Shown: positions 8,735-17,236 of the stretch, piece by piece | Numbering within the stretch: position 1 is the first letter of the stretch | Layout of the letters: each line of letters starts with the position of its first letter | The notes under the pieces: model-generated | What the model was told of the DNA's origin: nothing | The model's database searches: none | What the model saw: only the letters and a program-made list of their open reading frames with translations | IMG/VR virus record: IMGVR_UViG_3300031787_000653 | Span: 1 to 28,199 of that record | Source: a virus | Lineage: Duplodnaviria > Caudoviricetes | DNA: 28,199 bases | Reading direction: 5' to 3' (one strand) | Translations under genes and position numbers: made by a program

Positions 8735-9038
8735 CTTTGCCCTGGTACTCTTTCAGGAGTTTGAAGTACCCCTCGGGCGAGGCCTCGAGCACTTCTGCCG
8801 TGAGGAACAGACCGACGTGCCGCTTGCCCTCGTTGAACGCCATAACGCTGCCGCTATGGTTGAACGTGGTGCGGTTGACACCGGCCTCCTCCAGCAGACG
8901 ACTCACGATGCGTCGTCCTTGGGGGTGGGCCATCAGCCACTTGAGGTCCTCGAGCTCCTTGCGACGTTTCTCGCGTGCCACCAGCTCTTCGCTTTCAGCA
9001 TCGCGTTCCTGGCCTCGCAGGTCTGTCGGATCTCTCAT
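8727..9038 (-). CDS. Bbp19-like conserved phage protein
   Basis: DLKWLM..QGRR and MAFNEGKRHVGL motifs; start taken at ATG 9038, downstream of the promoter motif. Confidence 0.85.
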   Translation of the reverse strand: MRDPTDLRGQERDAESEELVAREKRRKELEDLKWLMAHPQGRRIVSRLLEEAGVNRTTFNHSGSVMAFNEGKRHVGLFLTAEVLEASPEGYFKLLKEYQGKDG

Positions 9039-9051
9039 GGTTGACGGGAGC

Positions 9052-9083
9052 ATCGTAGAAGCGGGCCCGCCTCAGACGGACAC
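9052..9083 (-). promoter_or_regulatory. Putative late promoter GTGTCCGT-N18-TACGAT
   Basis: Motif copy upstream of the scaffold/capsid operon. Confidence 0.75.
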
Positions 9084-9086
9084 GCT

Positions 9087-10814
9087 TTACTCGACCATCG
9101 CCGGGCTCGGGCTTGAGTAGCCCTGCAGCATGCCCATCACGTCGCGGAGCTGGTCGGTGTTGATCTCGCTCGCGGTCTTCGCGCTCTCGACCACCTGAGG
9201 TGCGGTAGCGGCCGAGGCTTGCGCCTGCATGGCCTGGGCACGCTGTGCGCGGATCTCGGCCACCTGACCGTCGGGCACAACCAGCGCCGGGTTGACGCCG
9301 AACGCCTCGCCCATGTCGTCGATCACCTGGTCGAAGTTGATCTTGTCCAGGATCTCGGGCTTGACCGGCGCCAGGTTCACGGCGGTGGTGAGCAGTCGCT
9401 CCATGCCGTTGACGGCCACCGCGCGCTGCGCCTGAGCCAGCACGCTGATGAACTCGATGTTGAGCTCCTGGCCCGCGATCTCCTCGGGCGGGGGCGGCAG
9501 CACGCCGGCCTCGTTGAGTCGGTCGAACGTGAGATCCACCAGCGGCGAGAGCAGCTCGTTGTGCAGGCGCTCGAGCACCGGGCCCAGCATCAGCAGCTTC
9601 TCCTCGTGGCGCTCGGCCACCTCGGTGGCGGTCATGCGTCCGTTGGCGGGTTGCTGCGCCAGCATCAGGAACAGGTCGGCGTAGTAGGCCTGGCGGATGC
9701 GGTCGCGCGTGTCGCGGATCGAGTCCATCAGGAAGTCCAGCCGCAGGTTCACGTCGAACGCCGAGCGCACCCCGCTGCCAGGGCCCATCGCGTCGACGTA
9801 CATCACGCCACCCGGCAGGCGACTCTGGGAGGTGTTCTTGTAGCTGGTGGGCACCTGCAGAGGCGGGTTCACCTGGTACTCGATCGCCTGCGCCTTGCGG
9901 GCCTGCTCGAACTGCAGTTGCTTGGTGTCGCCGAGCGCCTCCATGCCGGGGCTGCGCCCGTACACGTCGTTGCCGGTGATGGTCCAGCGCGGGCACAGGG
10001 CCGGGAAGCGCTTGAACCCTGACTCGCTCAGGTACTGGTTCTGGGCCTCGCGCCCGGGCTCGAAGTAGCAGGACTCGAACGCCATGTTCTTGGCGTCGCG
10101 CTTGCCGTACTCACGATCACGGCGTGGCTGGATCATGTGCACCACGTCGATCCACTGATCGTAGGCGCCCTTGTCCCACAGGTTGCGCACGGTCGCGCTG
10201 CAGGCCTGCTTGCCGAACTGCTCGACCATCTGCGCGACGGTCATCTTGAACTCGCGCGCCAGGGTGTCGACCCGGCCCTTGTGGTTGGTGCCGAGGTAGT
10301 ACTCGCCGATGGTCAGCGGGTAGTGGTGGATCACGTTGTCGAAGTCGGGCAGCACCACGTTGGCCCAGGTGCCAAACGCGCCGAGCTCCTCGTAGCAGGC
10401 GTGCAGGCTGTTGTAGGTGTTGCTGGCCGCGAACACCGCGCGCATCAGCTCGGCGCTGTCGTGCAGCCACTGCTTGACGGGCCCGAACTCCATCAGGTCC
10501 TTGTCGGGCAGGCCGAGTCGGAACCAGGGGCGGGCCGGGCTGGTGACGCCCGACATCATGCCGGCGGCCAGTGTGCGCACCGCGAACACCGCGGTGTTGT
10601 CGTAGATGAGCTGGTTCTTCTTCTTGCCCTGGTTCACCTCGCTCGAGATGAACCGGCCGGCGCGCGGGAACTGGTACTGCGCGACGTCCTTCCAGTGCGT
10701 GTCCCAGGAGCTGCGCTCGGTCTTGAGCGCCGACAGGCGCGCGAGCTTGCGGTTGATGTCGTAGCCGCGGCCCTGCGGGCTCTCACCGGAGTCGGGCCCG
10801 GCGCCGTACATCAT
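9087..10814 (-). CDS. Portal (head-to-tail connector) protein
   Basis: TSPARPWF, YGRSPGMEALGD and MTATEVAERHEEKLLMLGPVLERL motifs of T7-type portals. Confidence 0.95.
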   Translation of the reverse strand: MMYGAGPDSGESPQGRGYDINRKLARLSALKTERSSWDTHWKDVAQYQFPRAGRFISSEVNQGKKKNQLIYDNTAVFAVRTLAAGMMSGVTSPARPWFRLGLPDKDLMEFGPVKQWLHDSAELMRAVFAASNTYNSLHACYEELGAFGTWANVVLPDFDNVIHHYPLTIGEYYLGTNHKGRVDTLAREFKMTVAQMVEQFGKQACSATVRNLWDKGAYDQWIDVVHMIQPRRDREYGKRDAKNMAFESCYFEPGREAQNQYLSESGFKRFPALCPRWTITGNDVYGRSPGMEALGDTKQLQFEQARKAQAIEYQVNPPLQVPTSYKNTSQSRLPGGVMYVDAMGPGSGVRSAFDVNLRLDFLMDSIRDTRDRIRQAYYADLFLMLAQQPANGRMTATEVAERHEEKLLMLGPVLERLHNELLSPLVDLTFDRLNEAGVLPPPPEEIAGQELNIEFISVLAQAQRAVAVNGMERLLTTAVNLAPVKPEILDKINFDQVIDDMGEAFGVNPALVVPDGQVAEIRAQRAQAMQAQASAATAPQVVESAKTASEINTDQLRDVMGMLQGYSSPSPAMVE

Positions 10815-10820
10815 GGGTGA

Positions 10821-11006
10821 TCACCCACCCAGCAGCGTGGCGCCGCCGGTGCTCAACCCGCCAGACGACACGCCCGAGGGCCCGGTCAGCATGGTGCCGG
10901 GCGAGGTGCTCGTGCGCTGGCGCCGACGCATGGCCATCGAGTCAGGCTGCTTGGCCTCTTGCGGAGGCGGGGGCGGCGGGGGAATGTTGGGCGATGACAT
11001 GCACAT
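10821..11006 (-). CDS. Small Pro-rich virion-associated protein preceding the portal gene
   Basis: MC start, poly-Pro, MLTGPSGV...TLLGG; typical synteny; SD GGAG. Confidence 0.8.
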   Translation of the reverse strand: MCMSSPNIPPPPPPPQEAKQPDSMAMRRRQRTSTSPGTMLTGPSGVSSGGLSTGGATLLGG

Positions 11007-11029
11007 GGGAAGCTCCAGTCTGCAGGGGG

Positions 11030-11061
11030 ATTCTGCGGATGCTGGCCGATCAGACGGACAC
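11030..11061 (-). promoter_or_regulatory. Putative late promoter GTGTCCGT-N18-CAGAAT
   Basis: Motif copy between terL and the portal operon. Confidence 0.7.
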
Positions 11062-11066
11062 GCGCC

Positions 11067-12410
11067 TCAGACGCCAGCCATCGGGTCGTAGGCGGTGACG
11101 CTGACGTCGGAGTCGAACTGCCCCGCCCGGTGCCCGGCCAGGATGGCGGCCTGGCGGCGCAGGTCCCGCTCCTTGGCCACGGGGAACGCGAACGTGAGCG
11201 CGAGCGCATCGCCGAGGTCAGGCGACGGCAGGCCACGCTTCTTGATGTCGTCCTTGGCCTCGAGCGCCACCCGGTCCTGGTTGTCGAACGTGTAGATCGG
11301 CGCAGCCAGGTCCTGCATCAGCGCCGTGTTGCGTGGGATCGCGGCACCCAGGGCGAGCCACTCGCGCATCTCGAACCACATCTCGGCGCGCTTGTTGACG
11401 TAGCGGGGCTTGCTCGCCCGGCCACCGAAGTGCACCTCGGTGACCTCGTGGCCCATCTGGCGCAGCTTGTCGATGACGCCCGCCCCGTTGCCCGCGTCGA
11501 TGAACACCGCATCGGCCTGGAAGTCGGCGATGGCCTGGCCCACGTAGGCCGCGAGCGCCATGTTGTCGATCTTGGTGTAGACCCGGAAGTCCTTGGCCAG
11601 CAGGCCCTGACGCACGCTGATCACGCTGCGGTCATCGCCGAACCGTGCCGGGTCCACGCCCAGGATCACGGGCGCGAAGTCGTACTGGTCGCGACGCAGG
11701 TGGCGCCGTGTGGCCTCCTCCACATCGGCCAGGCTGATGAGCTGCTCGTCGCCCGCGGCGCTGAAGTCGCACAGGTACTCGCGCCGCCACGAGAGCTCGC
11801 TCATCTCGGCCTGCAGTCGGCGGGCCTCGTCCGGGTCGATCGACTCGGTGTCGTGCACCGTGTAGAGCGCCGAGTGCCAGTTCGTCTTGTCGCGTGCCTC
11901 AAAGAACAGCTTGGAGAACAGGTTCACACCCTTTGGCGTGCCGATGAACAGCGCCCAGCCCAGGCGGTCAGACAGCGCCGGCTGCAGGATGTCGTCCCAC
12001 ACCTCGGGCGCCATCTGCGCCACCTCGTCGAGCACGACACCGTCCAGGCGCACGCCCCGCATGCGGTCAGGGCTGTCGGCCCCGTACACACGGATCACGG
12101 CGCCGTTGGTCGTGAACCGCACCCACAGCTCGGACTCGTTGATCTCGACCATCCCGCGCATGAGCAGCGGCGTGACCTTCTGCTTCAGGCGCAACCAGGC
12201 GATGGCCTTGGCCTGCTTGAGCAGTGGGGCGACGTAGAAGAACAACCCGAGCTCGTGCTTGAACCGCAGCGCCTTGTCGATGAGCTCGGCCAGTGCGAGC
12301 TCGGTCTTGCCGGCCCGCCGGTGCAGCGCCAGCACCGTGAAGCGCCGGCGGTTGAGGTGGCACTCGGCCTGCCAGGCCCTGGGCCGGTAGCCGAGGTCGA
12401 TCGCGGTCAG
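11067..12410 (-). CDS. terL: Terminase large subunit (probable CTG start at 12410)
   Basis: HRRAGKT Walker A, VVLDE Walker B, IGTPKG, nuclease GVDPARFGDD and SPDLGDALALTF. The frame continues upstream of the track's start as TAIDLGYRPRAWQ. Confidence 0.93.
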   Translation of the reverse strand: MTAIDLGYRPRAWQAECHLNRRRFTVLALHRRAGKTELALAELIDKALRFKHELGLFFYVAPLLKQAKAIAWLRLKQKVTPLLMRGMVEINESELWVRFTTNGAVIRVYGADSPDRMRGVRLDGVVLDEVAQMAPEVWDDILQPALSDRLGWALFIGTPKGVNLFSKLFFEARDKTNWHSALYTVHDTESIDPDEARRLQAEMSELSWRREYLCDFSAAGDEQLISLADVEEATRRHLRRDQYDFAPVILGVDPARFGDDRSVISVRQGLLAKDFRVYTKIDNMALAAYVGQAIADFQADAVFIDAGNGAGVIDKLRQMGHEVTEVHFGGRASKPRYVNKRAEMWFEMREWLALGAAIPRNTALMQDLAAPIYTFDNQDRVALEAKDDIKKRGLPSPDLGDALALTFAFPVAKERDLRRQAAILAGHRAGQFDSDVSVTAYDPMAGV

Positions 12411-12835
12411 ACCAGATCCTCGATCGCCACAGGCGCATCGGGCACGCCGGTGACGATCACCACCTGGGACTGCACCGGGCCGCCGTTGGGCCCGGTCTGC
12501 TCCACCCGTTCAGCGAACACCTGCTTGCGCCTGCCCTTGAGCAGCAAGGCCAGCAGCGAGTCGCTGTAGACCGTCTTGGTGCCCACCAGTTGCCCGCCCT
12601 GGTACACGGGCTCCTCGACGCCCTCCAGGGCCCGCCTGCGGGCCTCCCGCTCGAGCTTGTCGGCGGCGGCCTCCATCGCGTCGCGCACGGCGGCGTCGAA
12701 CTCCTCGTCGTCCTGCCGACGGCGAAACACGGTCGAGCGGTCCACGCCCGCAGCCGCGGCGGCGTCGGTCAGGACACCGCACTCAGCCAGGTGCGCGAGG
12801 AAGGCGTCGGTCCAGAGATGTCGAAGGTTGCCCAT
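12407..12835 (-). CDS. terS: Terminase small subunit
   Basis: N-terminal HTH; LEREARRRALEGVEEPVY..YSDSLL motif; directly upstream of terL. Confidence 0.85.
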   Translation of the reverse strand: MGNLRHLWTDAFLAHLAECGVLTDAAAAAGVDRSTVFRRRQDDEEFDAAVRDAMEAAADKLEREARRRALEGVEEPVYQGGQLVGTKTVYSDSLLALLLKGRRKQVFAERVEQTGPNGGPVQSQVVIVTGVPDAPVAIEDLV

Positions 12836-12841
12836 GATCTG

Positions 12842-12873
12842 ACCTTAGCCGCGAACCTTCGGATCACGGACAC
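12842..12873 (-). promoter_or_regulatory. Putative late promoter GTGTCCGT-N18-TAAGGT, 6 nt before the terS ATG
   Basis: Motif copy overlapping the 3' end of the HTH gene. Confidence 0.75.
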
Positions 12874-13114
12874 GCACCCAGCCGGCCGGCACCTGGCCAC
12901 GCCGGTGGCCGCTCACGATCTTCCAGATGCAACCCTTCGACACTTCCATCTTGCGTGCGATCTCGGCCAGGGGCATGCCGTCGTCGCGAAGCTGGTGCAC
13001 GAGCTCGACCTCGTGATCGGAGAGCACAGCCCCGGGGTGTTGCTCGCCGATGCGCCGACGCCGATCGTTGACCGGCACCAGGCGCATCTTTGCAGTTTTT
13101 TGCACACTGACCAT
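12845..13114 (-). CDS. HTH DNA-binding protein (candidate late regulator)
   Basis: GEQHPGAVLSD followed by HTH LAEIARKMEVSKGCIWKIV; start uncertain (13114 or 13087). Confidence 0.75.
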   Translation of the reverse strand: MVSVQKTAKMRLVPVNDRRRRIGEQHPGAVLSDHEVELVHQLRDDGMPLAEIARKMEVSKGCIWKIVSGHRRGQVPAGWVRVRDPKVRG

Positions 13115-13124
13115 TCCAGGGCCT

Positions 13125-13300
13125 TTCTTGAAAAACTTTTCAAACAACCAAGAAAGGCTGCACACCGCGCCGCTGCGTATAACTGCACCACGCACCACCC
13201 CTTATAGGGTGGTGGTGCGGTGCGGTGCAGTTATCCACAGGATGCACCACGCACCACGATGTGCACGGTGCATCGTGGTGCACGGTGGTGCAGGTGCTTT
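13125..13300. other. Candidate replication origin: GCACCAC/GTGGTGC repeats, two inverted repeats, DnaA box, adjacent A/T-rich tract
   Basis: TTATCCACA at 13231-13239; inverted repeats 13193-13200/13207-13214 and 13251-13261/13271-13281; lies immediately downstream of the primase-helicase gene. Confidence 0.6.
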
Positions 13301-13327
13301 CTTGCATGTTCGCGATTCCTTGCACGT

Positions 13328-15310
13328 TCACATGACTGCGATGCAGCCGTCGTCGCCGATCCAATACGGCGCCGTGTCACCGTTGCACAGGCTCTCCAAC
13401 GCACGCTTCGCGTGCTGCCGCCTTGTGTCCCGCTTGCCATCCTCCGGTGCCGGCAAGCGCTTGACCGCCTCGGCCAGCACCGCAGCCACCTCAATACCCT
13501 CGGTCTGCGCCTTGGCCATCTCCTGGATCACCTCGTTGACCACCACCTCCTTCGGCCCCAACTGACGCAGCAAGCGCACGCCCTGGAGCTCAGCCTCGAC
13601 CACCACACACGACGTGATGGGCTCCATGTCCTCATCAGCGCCGATCTGCACCACGTCCAGCGCGAAGCCCCACTCGAGGCCGTCCTCGCCGTCCTTGTTC
13701 TTGCTCAGACGCAGCGCACGCTGGCCTGACTCGGTGCGGATCACCTCGACCTCAGCGTCGGCCGCCGCACGCAGGCCTGACCAACCCCGGGCGCCCCTGG
13801 CCTGGTCCTTCCCGCTGTGGTGGATGAGCACCACCAGCGCCCCTGTGAGCTCGTGCAGGCGCTTGCAATGGCCCAGGGCCTTGCCCATGTCCTCGCCCGC
13901 GTTCTCGTTGGCCCCTGGAGTGGTCTGCGCGAGCGTGTCGACCACGATCACGCTGGTGTCCTCCCCCGCCGCCAGCACGCCCACGGCCAAGTCCTTGGCA
14001 TCCTCGAGCAGCATCAGGTTGGGGGCCCCGTTGAGCACGCTCACGGGCACGTCAGCGAGGTCGAGCTTGTTGTGCTGGGCGTAGGCGGCCAAGCGCTTCC
14101 TGAACCCGTCAGCGCCCTCGGCAGCAACGTATGCCACCCTCCCCTGCCTGACCTTGCGACCACGCCAGGGCGTGCCCCTGGCAATGGCCAACGCCAGGTC
14201 AAGCACGACGAACGACTTGCCGGCACCGCTGGCGCCGTAGATCACCGCCAGGCCCGCGGCCGGCAGCACGCCCTTCACGATCCAGGGCAGTGCAGTCGCG
14301 TTGGCGAACGTGTGGGCGGGCTCGAACTGAAACCGCAGCGGCTTGCCGTTGGCCTTGGCCGCCTCCACCGTCTCGGTGACCATGACCTCGAACTCCTCCG
14401 CGCTGGCCGGCGCACCACCAGCGATGGAGGCGCCGTGCTCGTTGGCCAGGTGCACGAAGCTCTTGCCGGTGACGACCGGCCCTTGCCCCTTGCCGAAGCT
14501 GTCCCAGCGCTGGCGCAGGATGTCGCGGCCGGGGAACTTCGCGCCTCGCTCGCTCCAGTCGCACCAGTAGTCGAACCCCTCGCCCCGTGTCTCGTGATGC
14601 AGCGCCATGCCGACCTGGAGCCACTCATCGTGGCCGGTGTCGGGGTCAAGGTGCTCCAGGCCCTGCTCGATCTGGCTGGGTGTGAGACCCAGCACCGGGT
14701 CGTCGTGGCTGGGGGTCGGTCCGTCCTGGCGCTGGAACCGCTGGCGCACCAGGCCCATCACCTCCTCCCCGATCGGGGAGACGGTGTTCTCGTTGCCGAG
14801 CACGTCGCAGATCTCCAGGCGGTTGCCGGTGACGGTCACGAATCCCTTGGTGCTGAAGGTCTCGAACCCGTAGGCGCCCTCGAACGACTTGCGGTTGAAC
14901 AGCAGGCCACGCAGCAGCACCCGCACGCCGGTGCCCGATGGGCTCCACTCCGCGTAGCTGGTCGATGCGATCGCCTCCACCTCGGGGTGGAGCTGGCCGC
15001 CGCTGACGCATCGGTCGAAGTCGAGCGCGGTCAGGTTCCAGTCAGGCAGCAGTGCAATGCCCACGCCGTCGAACCCGCGGCGGGCGGCTGCACTGCGTGC
15101 GGCGTCGAACGTGGTGAGCTGCTGCCTGTCCTCGGGGGAGCCCTGCTGCCCCTGGCGGCGTCGCCCGTTGGGGTAGTACGGGACCTTGCGGGGCTTGTCC
15201 TCGCCCTCGTGGTACTCGAGCCGCCACATCAGCCAGCCCGGGATCTCTCGGAGCTCGTCTGGGACTGTGACGGTGTTGAGGTGTGCGCTGAGTTTGGTCA
15301 CGGCGCTCAT
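13328..15310 (-). CDS. Primase-helicase (AEP-type primase + PriCT-2 + AAA_25/RepA-like helicase)
   Basis: KPRKVPY, LDFD and SPSGTG motifs; WLQVGMALH (PriCT-2); GASGAGKS Walker A, IVVDT, IHHSGKD..RGWS. Confidence 0.9.
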   Translation of the reverse strand: MSAVTKLSAHLNTVTVPDELREIPGWLMWRLEYHEGEDKPRKVPYYPNGRRRQGQQGSPEDRQQLTTFDAARSAAARRGFDGVGIALLPDWNLTALDFDRCVSGGQLHPEVEAIASTSYAEWSPSGTGVRVLLRGLLFNRKSFEGAYGFETFSTKGFVTVTGNRLEICDVLGNENTVSPIGEEVMGLVRQRFQRQDGPTPSHDDPVLGLTPSQIEQGLEHLDPDTGHDEWLQVGMALHHETRGEGFDYWCDWSERGAKFPGRDILRQRWDSFGKGQGPVVTGKSFVHLANEHGASIAGGAPASAEEFEVMVTETVEAAKANGKPLRFQFEPAHTFANATALPWIVKGVLPAAGLAVIYGASGAGKSFVVLDLALAIARGTPWRGRKVRQGRVAYVAAEGADGFRKRLAAYAQHNKLDLADVPVSVLNGAPNLMLLEDAKDLAVGVLAAGEDTSVIVVDTLAQTTPGANENAGEDMGKALGHCKRLHELTGALVVLIHHSGKDQARGARGWSGLRAAADAEVEVIRTESGQRALRLSKNKDGEDGLEWGFALDVVQIGADEDMEPITSCVVVEAELQGVRLLRQLGPKEVVVNEVIQEMAKAQTEGIEVAAVLAEAVKRLPAPEDGKRDTRRQHAKRALESLCNGDTAPYWIGDDGCIAVM

Positions 15311-15313
15311 CGC

Positions 15314-15667
15314 TCAGTCGGCGGTGCCGCCCTCAGACTCCACGAACAGCTCGCCCTGGCGCGGGTCGACGATCGGGAAGTGGCTCGCCACCGCCCGCTC
15401 GCCAAGACACTTCTGGGCGTACTCGCACTGGCGGCAGGCGTCGACGACGTCGGTGCGGTAGACGACCGGCAACCGCCCCTTGCTGGCCTTGGCCATTGCC
15501 TTGGTGACCCGCTCGAGGTCTCCACCACGCTGGGCGCTCGCCTCGCGGAAGCCCCCCGCGTACTGGTAGAGCATCGCCCGGCTGGTGCCCGCCATCTCGG
15601 CGAGCGCCTCCTGCTCCTGTGGGGTGGCGGCCATCATCCAGGCCTTCATGGGTGTGATCGTGGTCAT
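15314..15667 (-). CDS. Cro-like HTH regulator
   Basis: LAEMAGTSRAMLYQYAGGFR HTH plus a CxxC; divergent from the repressor. Confidence 0.7.
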   Translation of the reverse strand: MTTITPMKAWMMAATPQEQEALAEMAGTSRAMLYQYAGGFREASAQRGGDLERVTKAMAKASKGRLPVVYRTDVVDACRQCEYAQKCLGERAVASHFPIVDPRQGELFVESEGGTAD

Positions 15668-15694
15668 GGTGGTGAAAAGGTTGAAGGGGGCCCG

Positions 15695-15712
15695 ACTGTA
15701 GCATTTAGTAAA
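15695..15712 (-). promoter_or_regulatory. Leftward early promoter/operator (TTTACTAAATGCTACAGT)
   Basis: Extended -10 TGnTACAGT shared with the other copies of the motif. Confidence 0.65.
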
Positions 15713-15752
15713 GCCGTTGCACACCCTGCTATGACTGTGCGAGGCTATCCGG

Positions 15753-16178
15753 GTGAGGACCATCTACGACACCCGCCGCGACAACCTGCGAGCGCTCATC
15801 GGCCAGTGGGGTGGGCCGACCTCGCTGGCGAAGAAGCTGGGGCACTCGAACGGGAGCTACATCGCCCAGCTCGCCGGGCCCAGGCCGTCGCGCGAGGTCA
15901 GCGAGAAGGTGGCCCGCGAGATCGAGAAGGTGCTGGGCCTGCCGGTGGCCTGGATGGACCAGGACCACCCGACCGGCGGCCAGCAGTTGAACGACGAGAC
16001 GCTGACCGAGTGTGTCAAGGCGGTGGCCACCGTGCTTCGTGACGCAGGTCTCAGACCGGACCCGCAGGCGTATGCGACGCTGGTCCAGCTTGTCTATGAC
16101 CGCGTCAAGCTGACCGGCCGCCTGGACGAGCACCACATTCAGAAACTGACAACCCTACTCCGTGGGAGCGGACGATGA
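15753..16178 (+). CDS. CI-like repressor (XRE-type HTH, no S24 peptidase domain)
   Basis: RRDNLRALI..LAKKLG..SYIAQL..EKVAREIEKVLGLPVAWMD is typical of phage repressor N-domains; divergent from the cro-like gene. Confidence 0.8.
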   Translation: MRTIYDTRRDNLRALIGQWGGPTSLAKKLGHSNGSYIAQLAGPRPSREVSEKVAREIEKVLGLPVAWMDQDHPTGGQQLNDETLTECVKAVATVLRDAGLRPDPQAYATLVQLVYDRVKLTGRLDEHHIQKLTTLLRGSGR

Positions 16179-16327
16179 GCAACGAAGAGATCAAGCAGCG
16201 CATCCAGTACCTGATCGAGCACGGCGGCGTGTACGACGACCCACTAGGGGACATCCGCCGCCAGGTGCGGTGGGCCCTGGGCATCTCGCTGGTGACCCTG
16301 CTGCTGGTGAGCGCGCTGCACCTCTGA
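16175..16327 (+). CDS. Small membrane protein (50 aa) coupled to the repressor gene
   Basis: ATGA overlap; MSNEEIKQRIQYLIEHGGVYDDPLGDIRRQVRWALGISLVTLLLVSALHL with a C-terminal hydrophobic segment; not in the ORF track. Confidence 0.7.
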   Translation: MSNEEIKQRIQYLIEHGGVYDDPLGDIRRQVRWALGISLVTLLLVSALHL

Positions 16328-16348
16328 CCGTCGACCCCGGAGCGTGAG

Positions 16349-16376
16349 AAAACCCCACCGCCGTGTGGGGTTTTTT
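16349..16376 (+). terminator. Intrinsic terminator ending the repressor operon
   Basis: AAAACCCCAC-CGCCGT-GTGGGGTTTTTT. Confidence 0.85.
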
Positions 16377-16387
16377 GTGGGTGGCGT

Positions 16388-16405
16388 TTTAGCATGTGCT
16401 ACAGT
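16388..16405 (+). promoter_or_regulatory. Early promoter/operator TTTAGCATGTGCTACAGT
   Basis: TAGCA-NN-TGCTA palindrome overlapping an extended -10; identical to the copy at 21831. Confidence 0.75.
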
Positions 16406-16449
16406 TCACACATCGCAGCAAGGACGCTGCTTCAACCGGAGTAAACGAC

Positions 16450-16812
16450 ATGGACGTCATCCTCAACATCGGCCTCAAGAGCGACACCCTCGGCGACATC
16501 TCCGTCGTGCTGGCCAAGCAGATGCTCTGGGCCGCCGACCTGCTGATCAAGAGCGAGCGCCTGGTCCAGTCCGACACCGAGCCGACCCTGGTCGTCGAGG
16601 TCACCAGCGTCAACGGCCCGACCCTGACGCTGTCCGCCTTGCACAACCTGTCTGTCGACCTCGGCCAGGACTGCATCGCCGTCTACCGGCCCAAGACCAA
16701 GGGCGGCGCCCTGGTCGGCCCGAAGGCCTCCGCCTGGGGCCGCTTCAACCCCGAGTTTTTCATCCTGCCCGACGGCACCCGCCTGGCAGCTCCCGCGGCG
16801 CAAGCCGCTTGA
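16450..16812 (+). CDS. Hypothetical early phage protein (120 aa)
   Basis: SD GGAG; QDCIAVY..LVGPKASAWGRFNPEFF; follows a promoter motif. Confidence 0.8.
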   Translation: MDVILNIGLKSDTLGDISVVLAKQMLWAADLLIKSERLVQSDTEPTLVVEVTSVNGPTLTLSALHNLSVDLGQDCIAVYRPKTKGGALVGPKASAWGRFNPEFFILPDGTRLAAPAAQAA

Positions 16813-16836
16813 CCAGCCTGTAGCGCATGCTACAGT
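16809..16836 (+). promoter_or_regulatory. Sigma70-type early promoter TTGACC-N16-TACAGT with operator
   Basis: Near-consensus -35 and -10 boxes; TAGCGCATGCTA palindrome. Confidence 0.75.
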
Positions 16837-16863
16837 TCACCTCCCGCAACTGCTAAACGTATC

Positions 16864-17232
16864 ATGCACGACCTCAACACCATCAATCGCCTGAACTCCG
16901 AAGCCTTTAGCGAGGCCGTCGACAACTTCCGCGCACAGGGCCGCTACGTGCTGGCCAAGTACGACGGCGTCACCCTCATGTCCATCGAGACTTTCTCGAA
17001 CGCAGAGGAAGCCGCCGCAGCGCTGGTGCAGGCCCAGGAAACCGGCGGCGTCAGCGAGCGCTTCAAGCTGCTGGCCCCCACCGGCACCTGGCACGGCACC
17101 CAGCGGGACCAATCCGAGGATCGGGCCCAGCCGTACACGCTCGAGGAGCTCGCCGCCCTCGGCCGCAGCACCACCAAGACCGACGTCACCCTCGGTGACT
17201 ACATCAACCGCGTCACCGCCCAGGAGGCCTGA
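16864..17232 (+). CDS. Hypothetical early protein (122 aa)
   Basis: ORF with phage-like codon use downstream of a promoter. Confidence 0.75.
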   Translation: MHDLNTINRLNSEAFSEAVDNFRAQGRYVLAKYDGVTLMSIETFSNAEEAAAALVQAQETGGVSERFKLLAPTGTWHGTQRDQSEDRAQPYTLEELAALGRSTTKTDVTLGDYINRVTAQEA

Positions 17233-17236
17233 GATC

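Noticed and set aside
13817-16042. Long antisense or alternate-frame ORFs (this one, also 6850-8214, 11130-12569, 17548-18855, 19592-21316)
   Set aside because: Shadow ORFs expected in high-GC DNA opposite well-supported genes; they carry no recognisable motifs.
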